Below are positions 14,221-26,804 of a DNA stretch of 64,000 nt, piece after piece. A model generated the notes under the pieces. That model made no database searches, had not been told where the DNA came from, and saw only the letters and a program-made list of their open reading frames with translations. Source of the stretch: Lingula anatina (taxonomy: Eukaryota; Animalia; Brachiopoda). The first letter of the stretch is position 1. Every line of letters starts with the position of its first letter. The position numbers and the translations under genes were made by a program. The DNA lies in NCBI GenBank assembly GCA_051362555.1, contig CM120647.1, positions 18,886,651 through 18,950,650 of the forward strand, given 5' to 3'.

Positions 14221-17200
14221 TGTGCATACGGTCCTTTCGATTGAAAATGGTGGAATGATTTTACACAGTTACTTTATTATCCATTGATATATTAAAATTC
14301 GAGAATCATAACAGTATCTTATCAGCCAAAAGAACATATCATATCATCTATAACCTAAAATAAATAATTAAACAAATAGACAAATTAAACTCTAGCGATC
14401 GAAATAGAAGCGAGCATCAATGCGACTATATTTGATAACATTGCTACATTGGTCTAAATACGTATGGTATGCTTTTTTTCGCGATTTAAGTTGATTATAA
14501 GTGATTTGCATCTCCATTTTTATCTCGCCTAGGGGGCAGATGGCCGGAAGTTGATGCACCGTGGGTACTCTGACCAAAATGTCTTTATGGCTATGACGTC
14601 ACAACCGGATGTAGTTGGACTGAACATAACTAACTGTGCTCGGCGTGGACGAGGTGAAGTCTGTTGAAAACTTGTAGTGGTCGTACATTTTAATAAATAA
14701 GGCAGTTTACAAAATCTCTGACTGTTCTTTTAAAATATTGGACATTTTATATTTCTACAGTATAATGTATATACAGGGTATGTACCGTGCTTCTTCTGTG
14801 GACCGTGGAATTCTTTCACCTATTTGGGAAGATCTTGGAGGTGAATCTCGTTTCCACTACCCTCTATCAGGGTTGCAGTTTTGATTATGTGCACTTTTAT
14901 CTGATACAGTTCAGAGCAGAAAATTTCATCATTTAACTAGGGACATACTAGTATTTGTGAATATCCAGTGAAAAAACCATCTGCGGCCCTGTTATAGGGT
15001 ATATTTTCACTGGGACGTGGCAGATATCTGCCATTTGCGTTAAACAATTTTTTGTGAATATTTGGATGTTGTGATCATTATATGAAACTACCGGTAACAC
15101 TTTGAACTCTCTTTATATTTTTCTTCTTTTTATTTATTTATTCATTTATTTTTCTGTTTTTTTTTTAATATTCAATCTTATATTTTTTTCTTGGTTCATT
15201 CGTGAATAGACTGTGTTACCGTCCAGCAGAAGTGGACGTACGCAATCCCGCTGGAGATAGTGTATATGACACCGCTAAGTAGATGGAACCCGTACGATTT
15301 GGAGTACAAAGGGCTGGCCTACACTGACGAGGGGATGACTGTGAAGGAGGGTGAGATACATGCATTGCTCTCTCTCTCTCTCTCACTCTCTTTTTCTCTC
15401 TCTCCACGTCTTTCTCCTTTTTTATGTTTCCATCCCCTGCCCTCTTCTCTCTCCATAACTTGTTGAAAGTACTGAAAATTCCAGAAATAAGGGTTATATG
15501 CACTGTTTAACTGATTTGTTAATACGAATGATGTATAAGTAAAAAGAATAAAGCCAGTAAAATGCTAAAAAAAAAAAAAAAAAAAAAAAAAACATTCTCA
15601 AAATGATGTACAATCAAACCTCCACATTTTGCCTATAATCAGATTCCCATCCTCGGTTTGTACATGTATATATATATTTAATGTATTTTACTATCTTTCG
15701 AAACCGTTATGTTAACTGTAATTTGATGATAGATGGTAATATTCCAAAATGGTTTTATAAAGAATCTGTGTCTATCAGAACGGTTGATCCAGATAGAAGC
15801 ATAGCGGGACACGCACCGCCCCCTCTTAGCTTGTAAAGGTGCCCCTTCTCCATCTTTAAGACCCGCAAAAATGAAGAAGGATAATATAAGCCGTTGCCTG
15901 TCTAGCTATATTCAAAACCCTGGTTATATTTTTAAAAAAATCCGAAACAAAATAATATTTTTCATGTTTTTTAATAGGAAACCGAAATGGGCAAAAAACT
16001 GTGGACAAGGCCTTTAATGGGATCAACAACGCCCTCTATTATCAAACCCCGGTAGAGATGTTTGCCAGAAAACAGAGAGGAGACACTGCCGATACCGGGA
16101 GATACGGTGTAGGCGTTCTGGATAAAAACGGTATGGGTTAATTCGTTCTTAAAATTTATGATCTTTTATTCAAGGAACCAACAACCAAAATATTTCAGTT
16201 TCGCATTTACATTGTGTGAAAATAACATCGTATTGGAAGAAAGGAGAACCAGTTAAAACCATTAGGCCCTACATAAATTAAAATGTAAATGTACTTACAC
16301 TCCTTTAGATGTGTTAAAAGGCAGTGTGTTAACAAAGGAAACTTAAAACGTTCAGTTTTCTGTTTGGATGAATAAACATTTTCGTTGCTGTAGGTCATTC
16401 AAGCATATTATATTTTGCATAATTTGGAAGGTCTCTCTTTCAGCGGTTATTGTATTGTGCTGTCTAAATTAGTCTTAAACCGATAGATGCACATGTGCTG
16501 GCATTAGGCCTACAACTTTTCCGCTTTCTTTATCCCGAATTGTTCTGGGCTTTATGAGATTAAAAAAATAAGCTCTAATAATAATATTTATTCAGCTTTT
16601 TTCACATTTTATGATATTCATTTATAGTTCTATGATCTGATTTTAAGTCAAATGTTTCTTTTTCTAGGTGTAGTGAGAACAGTTGACGCATCTGGTTTTC
16701 GAGTGAAGCTGAACATTGCTGACGTAGGCGAGATACGTCAGAGGTGGCCAATAATGCCTGCGTCGGTAGAGGGCAGCACGATCATGAAAGAGATAGATGC
16801 GCTCAAGGTGAGCTGAAGGGTTACACTGTTGCACTATTTTCTCAGTTTCCCTTTTTTAGTTACTTTAGATTTCCTTCTTTGTTACCATTTTGTTTTTGTT
16901 GAAGGGAAGGTTTATTTGCTTTAAAAATACTTATCCTAATCCAATCATTGTCGGCTCATAAGGCTTGTCTTTTTATCTGTTAAATGTTTAACATTTAATA
17001 TTTACGATTGTCTGTCTGTTTACCTGCCTCGCTTTCTGTTTAGATATTTTGCTTTTCCTGCTTGCCTGTGTTTACGTTTATGGAACATAACAGCTGTCTG
17101 TCCGTCTGAGGCCGTTTATCTGCCTGCCTCTTTCTTGTCAACATATTCATACAACGAGTGCGTGCCCACCCAAACATATTACTTTTCTACATTAACAGAA

Positions 17201-20200
17201 CGGACTCGTAAGGCATCTATTCATTCATTCTGTGTATATTTCAGGACATGGTGATGGACCAGCAGCGGTACATCAACATGTACCGCGAGAGTCCCTTGGC
17301 TCTGGCCACGGGAACCACCATGGCCCCTGTGACTGCTGACCAAACCCTAGAGACATCGCTGTCCACGAGTGCAGTGATCAGCCAGCATAGCCACACGTAT
17401 GTCTGCCTGCTAGCTGTGGCTTGGACATTACCGCTTACACGCTTCTTAGGGGCCATTCAGAATAGATGATCCGAGTGCTTACTGATCCGCCTGCTAAATA
17501 TGGCCGACTTTACCGGTACTTCCCGCTGATTCCCGATGGTCTCCCCCTTCCACACGCGCCATTAAACGGATTAAAGCTTGGCTCCAAGGTTTAATGTTAG
17601 CCCCCCCCCCCCCCCCCCCTGCAGCGACAGCTCGTGTGGAGGCGGGGAGACCATCGTGGTATTAGCGGCATCGCTTCTGAAGTGGATTCGGCTATATTTA
17701 GTCGGCGGATCAGTTTGTGCTCGGATCTATTCGAAATGGACCCTTAGTTTAGAGCTGCGTTGAAGGAAGCATGAGGGTGCTAACTGAGTTTGCCTGGGGC
17801 GCGAGGGTCAAATGATTTTACTTTGCTTTGCATGAAAAATCTGAAACAGTCAGCAGGAAATCGCAAGTTTTATATGTAGGCACAGGGAAAGGAACTTAAA
17901 TTTTGTCTTGATTTGCTTTTGACGCTTTAATAGGCAACATTAAGATTAGGGGACTGACTAGTCCAAGGGTCAAATATGGCGACTCAATACACATATTGCC
18001 GTCTAATCCGCTAATAGACACTGAATAGAAATCCCGTGGGGAAGTATTCAAGAGGGTTGGCCATATTTGACCCTCGGACTATAGTCAGTCTTCTATTTTG
18101 GATGTGACCTTAGATGGAATCAAGAGGGGGGGGGGGGGCAAAGAGAAAGAGGGAGAAAGGGAGTTTATTAGAGATAACAGTAGATCATTGCATTGTGCTT
18201 TTAAAAATGAAAAGCTCGGTCTAACTTTTTTAATAAAAGCATTACACATTAAGAAGATTTGTGTTTGTAATTGAGAGAACGGAACATAAAATATTTTGTT
18301 TTCTTTGTTTCAATTTTAATTTATATAAATTAATTTTCGAATCAAGATAGTTTTTGAAAGTTCCACAGTGGGTGAAAATAATTAATAAATCGGTGTTTAT
18401 AATTCCCCCTCCCGTTAATGAACGTTTAATTTGTGACAAATATTTTTGTTGTCACTATCACCCGCGTGACTGACACTCGTACTGGCACTCCTTGAATACT
18501 GTATGCCCTGAAGAACACGGGCGCCAATGTGATACTGGCATACTATCGTACGTACACCGCACATGATCACTTAGAGTGGCATCCGCATGCTATGGTATAC
18601 TCCGCCCCCATGTCGAAACGGTCACTTTGAGTGACCACCGCATGCTATGGTATACCCCGCCCCCTTAGGGAAACGGTCACTTTGAGTGACATACACATAA
18701 TGTGGTATGCCCCGCCCCTTAGGTAAACGGTCACTTTGAGTGACATCCACATAGTATGGTATACCCCGCCCTCTTAGGGAAACAGTCACTTTGAGTGACA
18801 TCTACACAGTATGGTATACCCCGCCCCTTAGGTAAACGGTCACTTTGAGTGACATACACATAGTATGGTATAGTCTGCCCCTTTGCGAAACGGTCACTTT
18901 CAGTGACGTCCACATACTATGGTTAGACACACTGTAACTGGCTCACCCACGATTGCCCCTATACTTTATTGGTACGGCTTTGTCAAAGGGTTATGCAAGG
19001 CTGACACTTGCACGACTTTTGGCCCCGATTTTGTCGTGGCAAGTCGTGCCATTTTGGGGCACAAAGTGGGAGGCTCCCGTGTTCCCTACTAGTTCACGCA
19101 TAGTTTACGACGAGCTAACGAATAGTTTACGAATGCGTATCCACATTGACACGAACTTGCACGACAAGTTCACGCACAGTTTGCGCATAGTTAACGCACT
19201 TCCCGCATTGGCACGACGAGTTTGCGCAATTCGGACGGTGTCGTGTCGACTTGGGCACGCAATATACATGAGATGTTCGTGAACTATTCGTGGCAGTTCG
19301 TAACAGTCGTGACGTTGTGCGCACTGCCACGCACTGGCACGCATCCTCTCACATCGTCCCGACGAGTTCGCGAACAGTTTGCGCATAGTTGCGCATAGAC
19401 TCGAGTCGTGCCAATGCGTGTCACAAAATCGTGCAAGTGTCAGCCTTGCTTTATCCACATGCTTAAATAGCAATGACCAATATGTTAGGAACCTTTCATA
19501 TCTTTATTAATTGTAAAAATTTATCATGCCAAAATTTCCTTTTTTACTGTTTAATGAGCTATTTATAGTCTCAATATAGACTGATTTTGTGATATTTTAG
19601 AATTTTTACTTAGAATTCATTTTTCTGTATTCGACTATACAGCAACAAGTGTGAATGTAAATAAAAACCTGTGTATGCATTCCCGTTGTAGCTTAGTGCT
19701 GGATGCTGACAGTATCCAAAGAATGAAGGACGGAGCTAAAATCGCAGTTAGAACATCTACAGACAACGGACATTTTCACGAACTGAAGGTTTTCTACAAC
19801 AGCAGCATCGATCGCTTCCAGATGTTTAAGTAAGTGACTGATATACATGTAAGCTATGGTCTTAACCCGAATCGAGTGTGACCATTAGTTCCACGTTTAA
19901 AAATGACAAAATATTGAACTTAAGAAATATCTACTTTTCGGGCCCTTATTGGATTTCCCCTAAGTTTTGCTTTGTTAATTTAATGTTATCGTAATTAATG
20001 TTGTTAAAGGAGTGACTGAAACCTACACCCCCCCCCACATTAACAGAGAGAGAGAGGGGAGAGAGATACTGGTACATGTATCTTAAATACAGTATATACA
20101 CTGTATGTATTAACAAAGCAGATGCGGGTAAATTAAATGATAAGATAATGCAGCAGTAATATAACAGACACGAAAAGTGATGCTTTAAGTTTATTTTAAC

Positions 20201-21300
20201 GATAATTACGGTGGTTCAGAAAATAAACACCATTTTTTGTTACTTGTGCTTCTATATCGTACATTCATTTACTAGTGGTGAAATCTCTATCTGGAGTAAG
20301 ACTTATTTCCAGAAAATTTGTCATATAATTCGAATTCGCTTTATTCGTCTGTTGTATTGAACTCTATTGCCCCATAGGTATTGCATGTACATTTAATATA
20401 TCCTGCCTACTAGAGATCATTGCACGCTATCGAACAGTCTGTTTCGTGTAACGAATTTATCATGTAGTTCTTCCTATTGAAATTCCTTCAACAGTCTCTG
20501 AATTAAGAGGTCTCATACTCCTAGAACTTCCACGTTTTATACCTAGTTTTAGTTAATCTTTACATGTGCATTTTAGCTTAATCTAATCATTTCTGTAACA
20601 CAATATGTCACGCTTAAAGACAATGTTAATTATAATGCTTTTAAAACATTGATTCAATATGGCGTTTAACCAGTTATGTCAATGGCATTGTTCTGCTGTT
20701 GTACCGTAGTAACAAAGTGGAATAACACCCAACAGCAGTAATTGGTCTTTATTTTCTGTTGAGTCAACAGTACTTTATAGTCCTGGCGAGTATATCCTTA
20801 GCTCCTGGATATTTTTGATCGTTTCTTAAAATAATTCTGCATTTTATTGGTCTTGGTAGTGCGTTTGCTGCTATAGATTATACCAAACAGCAGTGGCCTT
20901 TACCTGTGTGACAGGAATGATACCAGACTGGCAGTAGTCCGACAGGAACCGTAGTCCATTCTCCATTACATTGTACAGGTGACATTCGCTCCTTACATGT
21001 ATACAACCCCTAATATACTCCAACCAACCCTAACCTGCACTTATCATATGGGACTCTGGACTTCCATTCCTAGCACTACCATTCCTGTCACACCGGCTGT
21101 GTACATGCATGTATAACTGATTGTACCCTTCCATGCCAAACGTCAAGACTTTGTAATTATCAAAGGTTGCAATGAGTTCTCTTAAAAGCGTTAAAATCGT
21201 TTAAGTCATACAGTATATAACTGGCCATATTTCCAGGTGCGATCTGCAAAACCACTGCTGGGATGGACATGACTCACAACTCTGGCCCTCTGACGGATAA
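7041..21300 (+). CDS. Gene 1: secreted 681-aa protein of an unnamed family with His motifs; 14 coding exons
   Basis: Exons 7041-7046, 10427-10631, 10887-11110, 11861-11932, 12165-12243, 12632-12953, 13862-14090, 14533-14653, 15210-15350, 15978-16130, 16668-16807, 17245-17396, 19692-19829, 21237-21300. All introns are GT-AG with matching phases; total 2046 nt, open to TAA. N-terminus MKSLTLTLLMLTTCILTVSKC looks like a signal peptide. Motifs include IHDHINYDRTLGMGE, VLNGVEFRTRHNDY, KPVLCYLEGAW, WTYAIPLEIVYMTPL and a C-terminal QHSH...GHFHEL...CDLQNHCWDGH. The 6-nt first exon is the least certain. Confidence 0.85.
7495..7543. repeat. (GT)n(GC)n alternating purine-pyrimidine tract in intron 1 of gene 1
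   Basis: A GT run directly followed by a GC run. Confidence 0.9.
9549..9852. mobile_element. Kolobok-like MITE
   Basis: TTAA-AGGGATAATAACTCTTCGT ... ACGAAGATTTATTATCCCT-TTAA. A second, partial copy ends at 11419. Confidence 0.65.
13506..13729. mobile_element. PIF/Harbinger-like MITE (TAGATCGATCTA family)
   Basis: TAA/TTA flanks, imperfect TIRs GACCCCATTTCCA / TGGGAATACACCC and subterminal TAGATCGATCTA palindromes. Relatives occur near 4306-4565, 30026-30288, 52686-52891 and 63344-63558. Confidence 0.7.
17449..17743. mobile_element. PIF/Harbinger-like MITE
   Basis: TTA-GGGGCCATTCAGAATAGAT..CCGAG..CTGATCCGCC ... GGCGGATCAG..CTCGGATCTATTCGAAATGGACCC-TTA. Confidence 0.7.
17947..18095. mobile_element. 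Small MITE with ~34-bp TIRs
   Basis: GACTGACTAGTCCAAGGGTCAAATATGGC versus GCCATATTTGACCCTCGGACTATAGTCAGTC. Confidence 0.6.
18566..18922. repeat. Minisatellite, 54-55 bp unit, about 6.5 copies
   Basis: GTCACTTTGAGTGAC recurs at 18621, 18676, 18730, 18785, 18839 and, with one substitution, 18893, with near-identical sequence in between. Confidence 0.92.
18994..19450. mobile_element. Harbinger-like MITE
   Basis: TTA TSD; TIR GCAAGGCTGACACTTGCACGA / TCGTGCAAGTGTCAGCCTTGC; internal repeats such as GCGCATAGTT. Confidence 0.75.
20903..21096. mobile_element. MITE of the GTGTGACAG family
   Basis: TIR CC(G/T)GTGTGACAGGAATG(G/A)TA. Internal TTGTACAGGT and AACCCTAACC motifs are shared with 26997-27138 and the inverted copy at about 39943-40085. 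The duplicate lies near 42155-42328. Confidence 0.6.
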
Positions 21301-22573
21301 ACTGGCCTCGCAGGTCGTTGCCGGAGTCAGCAAGCAAGCAGCATCTGGAAAGTTCTCCACTCCCACCACCCAAATAATGATTTTGTTCATAGTGAACAAC
21401 AAATAACCACTGTCCATCCTGATGTATCCACTTAATACAACGGGAAGCCCAGTCGCAACGAACGTGCTTAATTAATCATCGAAATTTTTAGAGATTCTCT
21501 TTTGCTTATAGTTTTTAAATTTTGTCATGATGAAACATTTTTAACTTTGCATGTAATAAGCTAAATATTACCCGGTAATTTGCTTGCTGAAATTAGGCAG
21601 GTTTTTTTATAATGCTGCAAAATATATATCGTTTCAAAAGCTTTAAAAAAGCAGTTAAACCAATTTTGCTTATAGCAATGTAAGGTTACGAAGAAAGATT
21701 TCTTTGATTTTGCCAAAATATGTTTATGTGGTCAATTTTAGCGTCAAGTATTCCAATTAGTCCACTGGAAAAGAAAAAATAATGATAAACTTCTAACATG
21801 TCTTCAGTCTTTTTAGGCCGGCAGCATTTTGTTTAGAAATACATTTTTCTGAGTGAACCAATGCCACAATATGTGGGTATGCATTACTAAAAAGTGTCTT
21901 TTTGCTCTCTTTGTGTACGTTTCAGTAAATGCTTTTGTCAAAATAGCAAAAGTTCGTTTTTCTCTTGTTTTGTTTTGTTTTGTTTTGTATTTTTGTTATT
22001 TTCTATTTTCATCCGTGACACATGTAGACATGTTCACACGCAATCAGAACATCCACCCACGCCACGGCCTGTACAAACGTCACATGCACGTCACAGTCTG
22101 TACAAACGTCACACTCACGACACAGTCTGTACAAACGTCACACTCTGCACAACGTTACATACACGTCACAATGCTTTTGTGCTCTAAACGTGGTCTAGCA
22201 CCGAACATTAACATTCTGACATGGAAACACAGAAGAACCACACAATTACGCAAGTCATCCAACGGTACCTATAAGTGATCTTTATCGCATGCATTTGTGG
22301 ATCATTTCTTTGAATCATTCTTTCATGCAATTCAGCACTTCATCATATTTAATAGATAATTGAACCCGTACATAAAAATATGAAAAAAGTAAGGAAAAAA
22401 GGAGAAATATTTGGATATAAATACAAAAAAATACATGGACAAATAAATAAAAATATATAAAAAAAAACATGGCATGATAAATAGTTTAAGAAGAACATTG
22501 AAAAAAAAATATTCAGTGCAATAGCGCCTTACCTTGTACTTGTATCTTCAAGAAGGACACGAGATAAACGTGA

Positions 22574-25500
22574 CTACGCTGAAATGTTCTTTTTAAATAC
22601 CTTAAAAATGCCAAGTGATACGTTCATCCTTTACAATTGCAATAAAAAACAAAAATGTGCGTTTGCACTCGCTGTGTGACGGCTTAACTTAGCACCGTCC
22701 TATTTCAACATATCGAGTGTTTACGATGTACAGGCAGTCGGTGAATAAATGTAAGAAAGCTCCAGATCGTCGTTATTCTTCACTATAACACATAGGTTAT
22801 TACCATGGTTACAGTGCGGCAATGTGGGAGTACACTGGGATTAGAATGGTCAAGATCCATTATCACCCGCCACGATGAATAAGCACAGCACTAAGTTAGA
22901 CGACCACACCTACACTATATCTATGTGATATCAGAAACTGAATATAACAACCTTTTAAAGAAAATCCAAAATGACCATCTGTTTCAAAATGGCGACCAAA
23001 AACCTTACCACAGTCCTCTTCCTCTCTATCCCACTGTCCACTGGCCAAGCACAGCCGCATCCTCTTGGTACCTCCGTCCCCGAAGCTGGTATTGTTGGTG
23101 CACTGGTACTCCACAGCTGACCCCACCTGGCGGTCAGTGGAGTTAACCACCGCATTGATAAGGCTGCTTGATATTACTGGGCACAAGATCACTGTAGCAA
23201 AACGGAATGACAGGCTAAAATATTATATGTCTCTTTATTGAATTCGAGTGTTATTCACTTTGGACACGTGTTGCATCTTTTCTAGCGTTTAAGTGGTGTT
23301 GTAAAGTCAGGTGAAAACTGTGGGGCTGAGAGGTACCAAAATGAAAATACACCATGGCCAAAATATACCAAGGGCTAGACCAGCGAAAATTGCTTTAAAA
23401 ACGTATGTGCAATGATTGTGTGTGAACGAAACGATTTTTAGGGAGAAGCAGTTGTTCGTTAATTGTAATTCTTGATAAGTCGTATCCTCCTTGTGCAAAA
23501 AGGCGACCATTGAGCTGTGACACATCCAGAAAAAGAAACAAAACAATTAAACAGAGCAATGCACAAATCTCCAAATTTGTGAAATAATTTGTAGCACGCG
23601 GTTTGTAAAACAGCTGACAATTTAAAAATCAAAACCATCCAAGGCAAACAAACCTTGAAATCAAAATAAATACATTTCAAAACAGTGTGGAACTTACTTT
23701 CACATGCGGACACTGAGGCAGCGGACCACTGACCCGTGGTCAAACAGGACACCGTCTTCGTCGTAGAACCGCCAGGGAATTGGTAGTGCTGTAGACAGGT
23801 GTAGGTGGCCACGGCACCCACCTCGTCACCCCCCACGACGCTCAGTGTGGTGTTGGCCGCCGTCGGGAGAGCGGGGGTACAGTGGATTGCTGGATAAAGA
23901 AATCTTTACTATTATTATTATAATTATTTTGGGAGCGGGAGAAAGGGAAGAAGGAATTGCCTCCAAATTTAGATGGGGTGGGGGGGGGGGGGGGGGGCAC
24001 TTGGACTACTGTATCCAGATAAACTACTGATAAATATTGCTCACTTCGAGAAAAAATACCGAAAATACGAATTAAAAGGTTTAGGCTGGAGCACGTCATA
24101 TCGAAAACTACAAACATTTAGGAGCTAAACACAAACAATGTAGCCGACATGCTATGATTATCCATTATAAAAAACTCTACGTTAAACATATCTAAATAGC
24201 GTTAGAACTATGAACTAAATAATGCGACTGGATAGTTATTACTGGAATAGTTGAGAATAAATGTCCACCAACCTTCACAATCGGGTGGAGGCGCAGTCCA
24301 GTAGTTAAACGTACAAGTAATCGTTTTCTCTGCCTCTAGGGTTCCAGTCGGCCAGACGTAGCCAGGTAGGCAAGAGTAGGTCACCTGAGAGTTGTGGTTG
24401 CGGCTCGTACTGGACGCGGTTGCGTTGCCGACAGAGGGCACTTCGGGACAACGGACCTCTGGCGAATATACAAAGCGGAGTTGAAGACAAAATGGGTCAG
24501 AAAATACGTATGTGTGTGTATAAGCTTATGTTTTCCACACTTCGTTCCTTAACATTTATGTAAAAAAGACGATAAAATGAGTTTAAATCCTTAAAATATT
24601 TAAAGTCATACTGTGTATATACTGATGTTAAGTTGAATGTGAACAGTGCTTATTTATCATGTTTGATTTATAAAGAATTAAGCATTTTGTGTATATTTAC
24701 CCCAAGTTCGCCACACTGAATATCGATTCTCTCCGCCACAACGCTGCTTGGAATCGCCTGTACACGTGATGTCGCAATGAGAACTTGCTGCATATCCGTA
24801 TGTTCTAATTTCATTTGCACAGCTGCAGTTGGCTGTCGACAGAAAAGTAGATGCATCATTCAAATAAGTACATATGTGTCATATAAATTTATATGTTTCA
24901 GGTAATGATGAATTTGAAATTTGACACGTTCTGAGACTTGCAAAGACGATTAGAGATAAAGGTCAGAACTTAAATACCATTGCAAAAACTAGTCGATTAC
25001 CCATTATAATATGGGTATACGACAATGCTTTATTTGAGTGATTTCACACTTGTAGGAATTCCTCCAACATACAAACCTATTGATAATTAACACAGTTTTG
25101 GAAGTGAAAAATCGCCCACAACCACCTCACCAATCATCCCTCCATCCACTCCCCATTTTGAAATTTATGTATGCATGCTTTGCCCCCCCCAGCACCATTA
25201 AGAGAAAGTCTGCTACAAAATTTCCCCATACAAAAAAAAAAAAAAGAAAAGTCCTAATCGTAACAAGATAAAACCAAGCAATACATGTATACATTACATT
25301 ATGAACTACATACATGTATTGCAATGCAATTGTTCATGTTTATTTTAATACATTATAATGTCTAATTTGACCTCCAACCCCCCTTTGAAAACCCTGGGTA
25401 TGACAATATTTTTTCAACACGCTGGCAACACCAGTCAACAAGATTACTTTGTATGGCACTGCTGTATAACATTGCGGTAGTTGAGACAGAACGTAATCCA

Positions 25501-25764
25501 TATGAAATCTCACCTCCCTGTAGGCCAGCATACAAGAACCCCGCCGCCCTGCACAGATCTATACAATCCGACGGCAACTGGCAGATCGTTGAAGCGCTGT
25601 GGACCATAACTTGCCCATTGGGATCTGTAGTCTCTATGACACACCCAACATACTGCAGAGAGTCTGAAAACGATTTAGATGTCCGTAAAGGCCTTGTAAA
25701 CTCTATAAATATCCCGAAGTTATATTTGTTGTGTCTAGATATTCCACAAAGCTATACTTACTGT

Positions 25765-25814
<50 letters not shown>

Positions 25815-26773
25815 AATTAAACAAAAACTCAATTAGATATACTTGATGTCGATATTAACTTAATTCTTTTTTTTCTTGAGGAAAATTAGATTAGGAATAT
25901 GACCTGCAAATTGTACATCCAGTAGTTACAATACAAACTGGCAACACCATGGATACGAAATATTACCCGCACGAAAACGGAGTAGATACTCCAGCGCAGT
26001 AGACTACTGCAATCATAATGCAAACATGCTTCAAATCTGCTTCGGTGTGGGAGCTAATTAGCATATTTGAAACATGCTTCTATCATGCTGCTAATCTACT
26101 GCATTAATGCTCCTCCTCTGTACAACCCTATGTAATTTTTGAAGTAGAATTGCAGTAGGCTATACTGCATTTCTACTGCAAATATGCTCCACACCACTAC
26201 TGCGTTAATGCTTCTTTGCTACTTCGATACAACTGCATTTTCTTGCGGGTAACAGCGTTGGTTTATTCGAAGTGACATGCAAGCAACTTTATACTTTTGA
26301 TATTACTAAGAATCAAGCACAATTGTCGATATATCGCGCTATCTACGTTGACGTATGGGTAAGTGTAAATTATTCTAACTAAGCATATATACGGCCAGAC
26401 AAAAAGTAAGTGCAGTCTACAAACTCAGTGTCAGAATGTACAAAAACACACTTACGGTCAAAACTGCTGTACTTGCAGCCGTTCAACTCAAGGCGGAGAC
26501 TACAATTGTTTTCACATGTCGACCTAGAAGGATACACCCGCACATACCGCGCTAGGATCGGATACGTCAGTGTGTTTAGAACAACTGCGTTGAAATTTGA
26601 ATTACCAGTCAACTGAAAGAAAATATTACATTTTTTTCAACATCATTACGGAAATTCATATTTCAATATAAAAAAAAATCACAAGGTAATCAGATGCAAA
26701 GTTTGATTACATGAATGACTGTAAAAATTCTACACTAAAATCTGCATTAGCAATGGATGTATTATAGATCTAT

Positions 26774-26804
<31 letters not shown>

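Noticed and set aside
18566-18922. CRISPR-like array of regularly spaced palindromic repeats
   Set aside because: The intervening sequences are near-identical rather than unique spacers, there are no cas genes, and the context is a eukaryotic intron.
20903-21096. Degenerate extra CCP exon on the - strand (NVTCT..NGEWTTVP-like)
   Set aside because: It is frameshifted, bounded by TIRs and shares motifs with other dispersed repeats, so a MITE explains it better.
23842-23889. Possible frameshift in CCP2 of gene 2A suggested by the ORF track
   Set aside because: The exon length equals that in copy B (192 nt), and the correct frame reads IHCTPALPTAANTTLSVVGGDEVG without stops.
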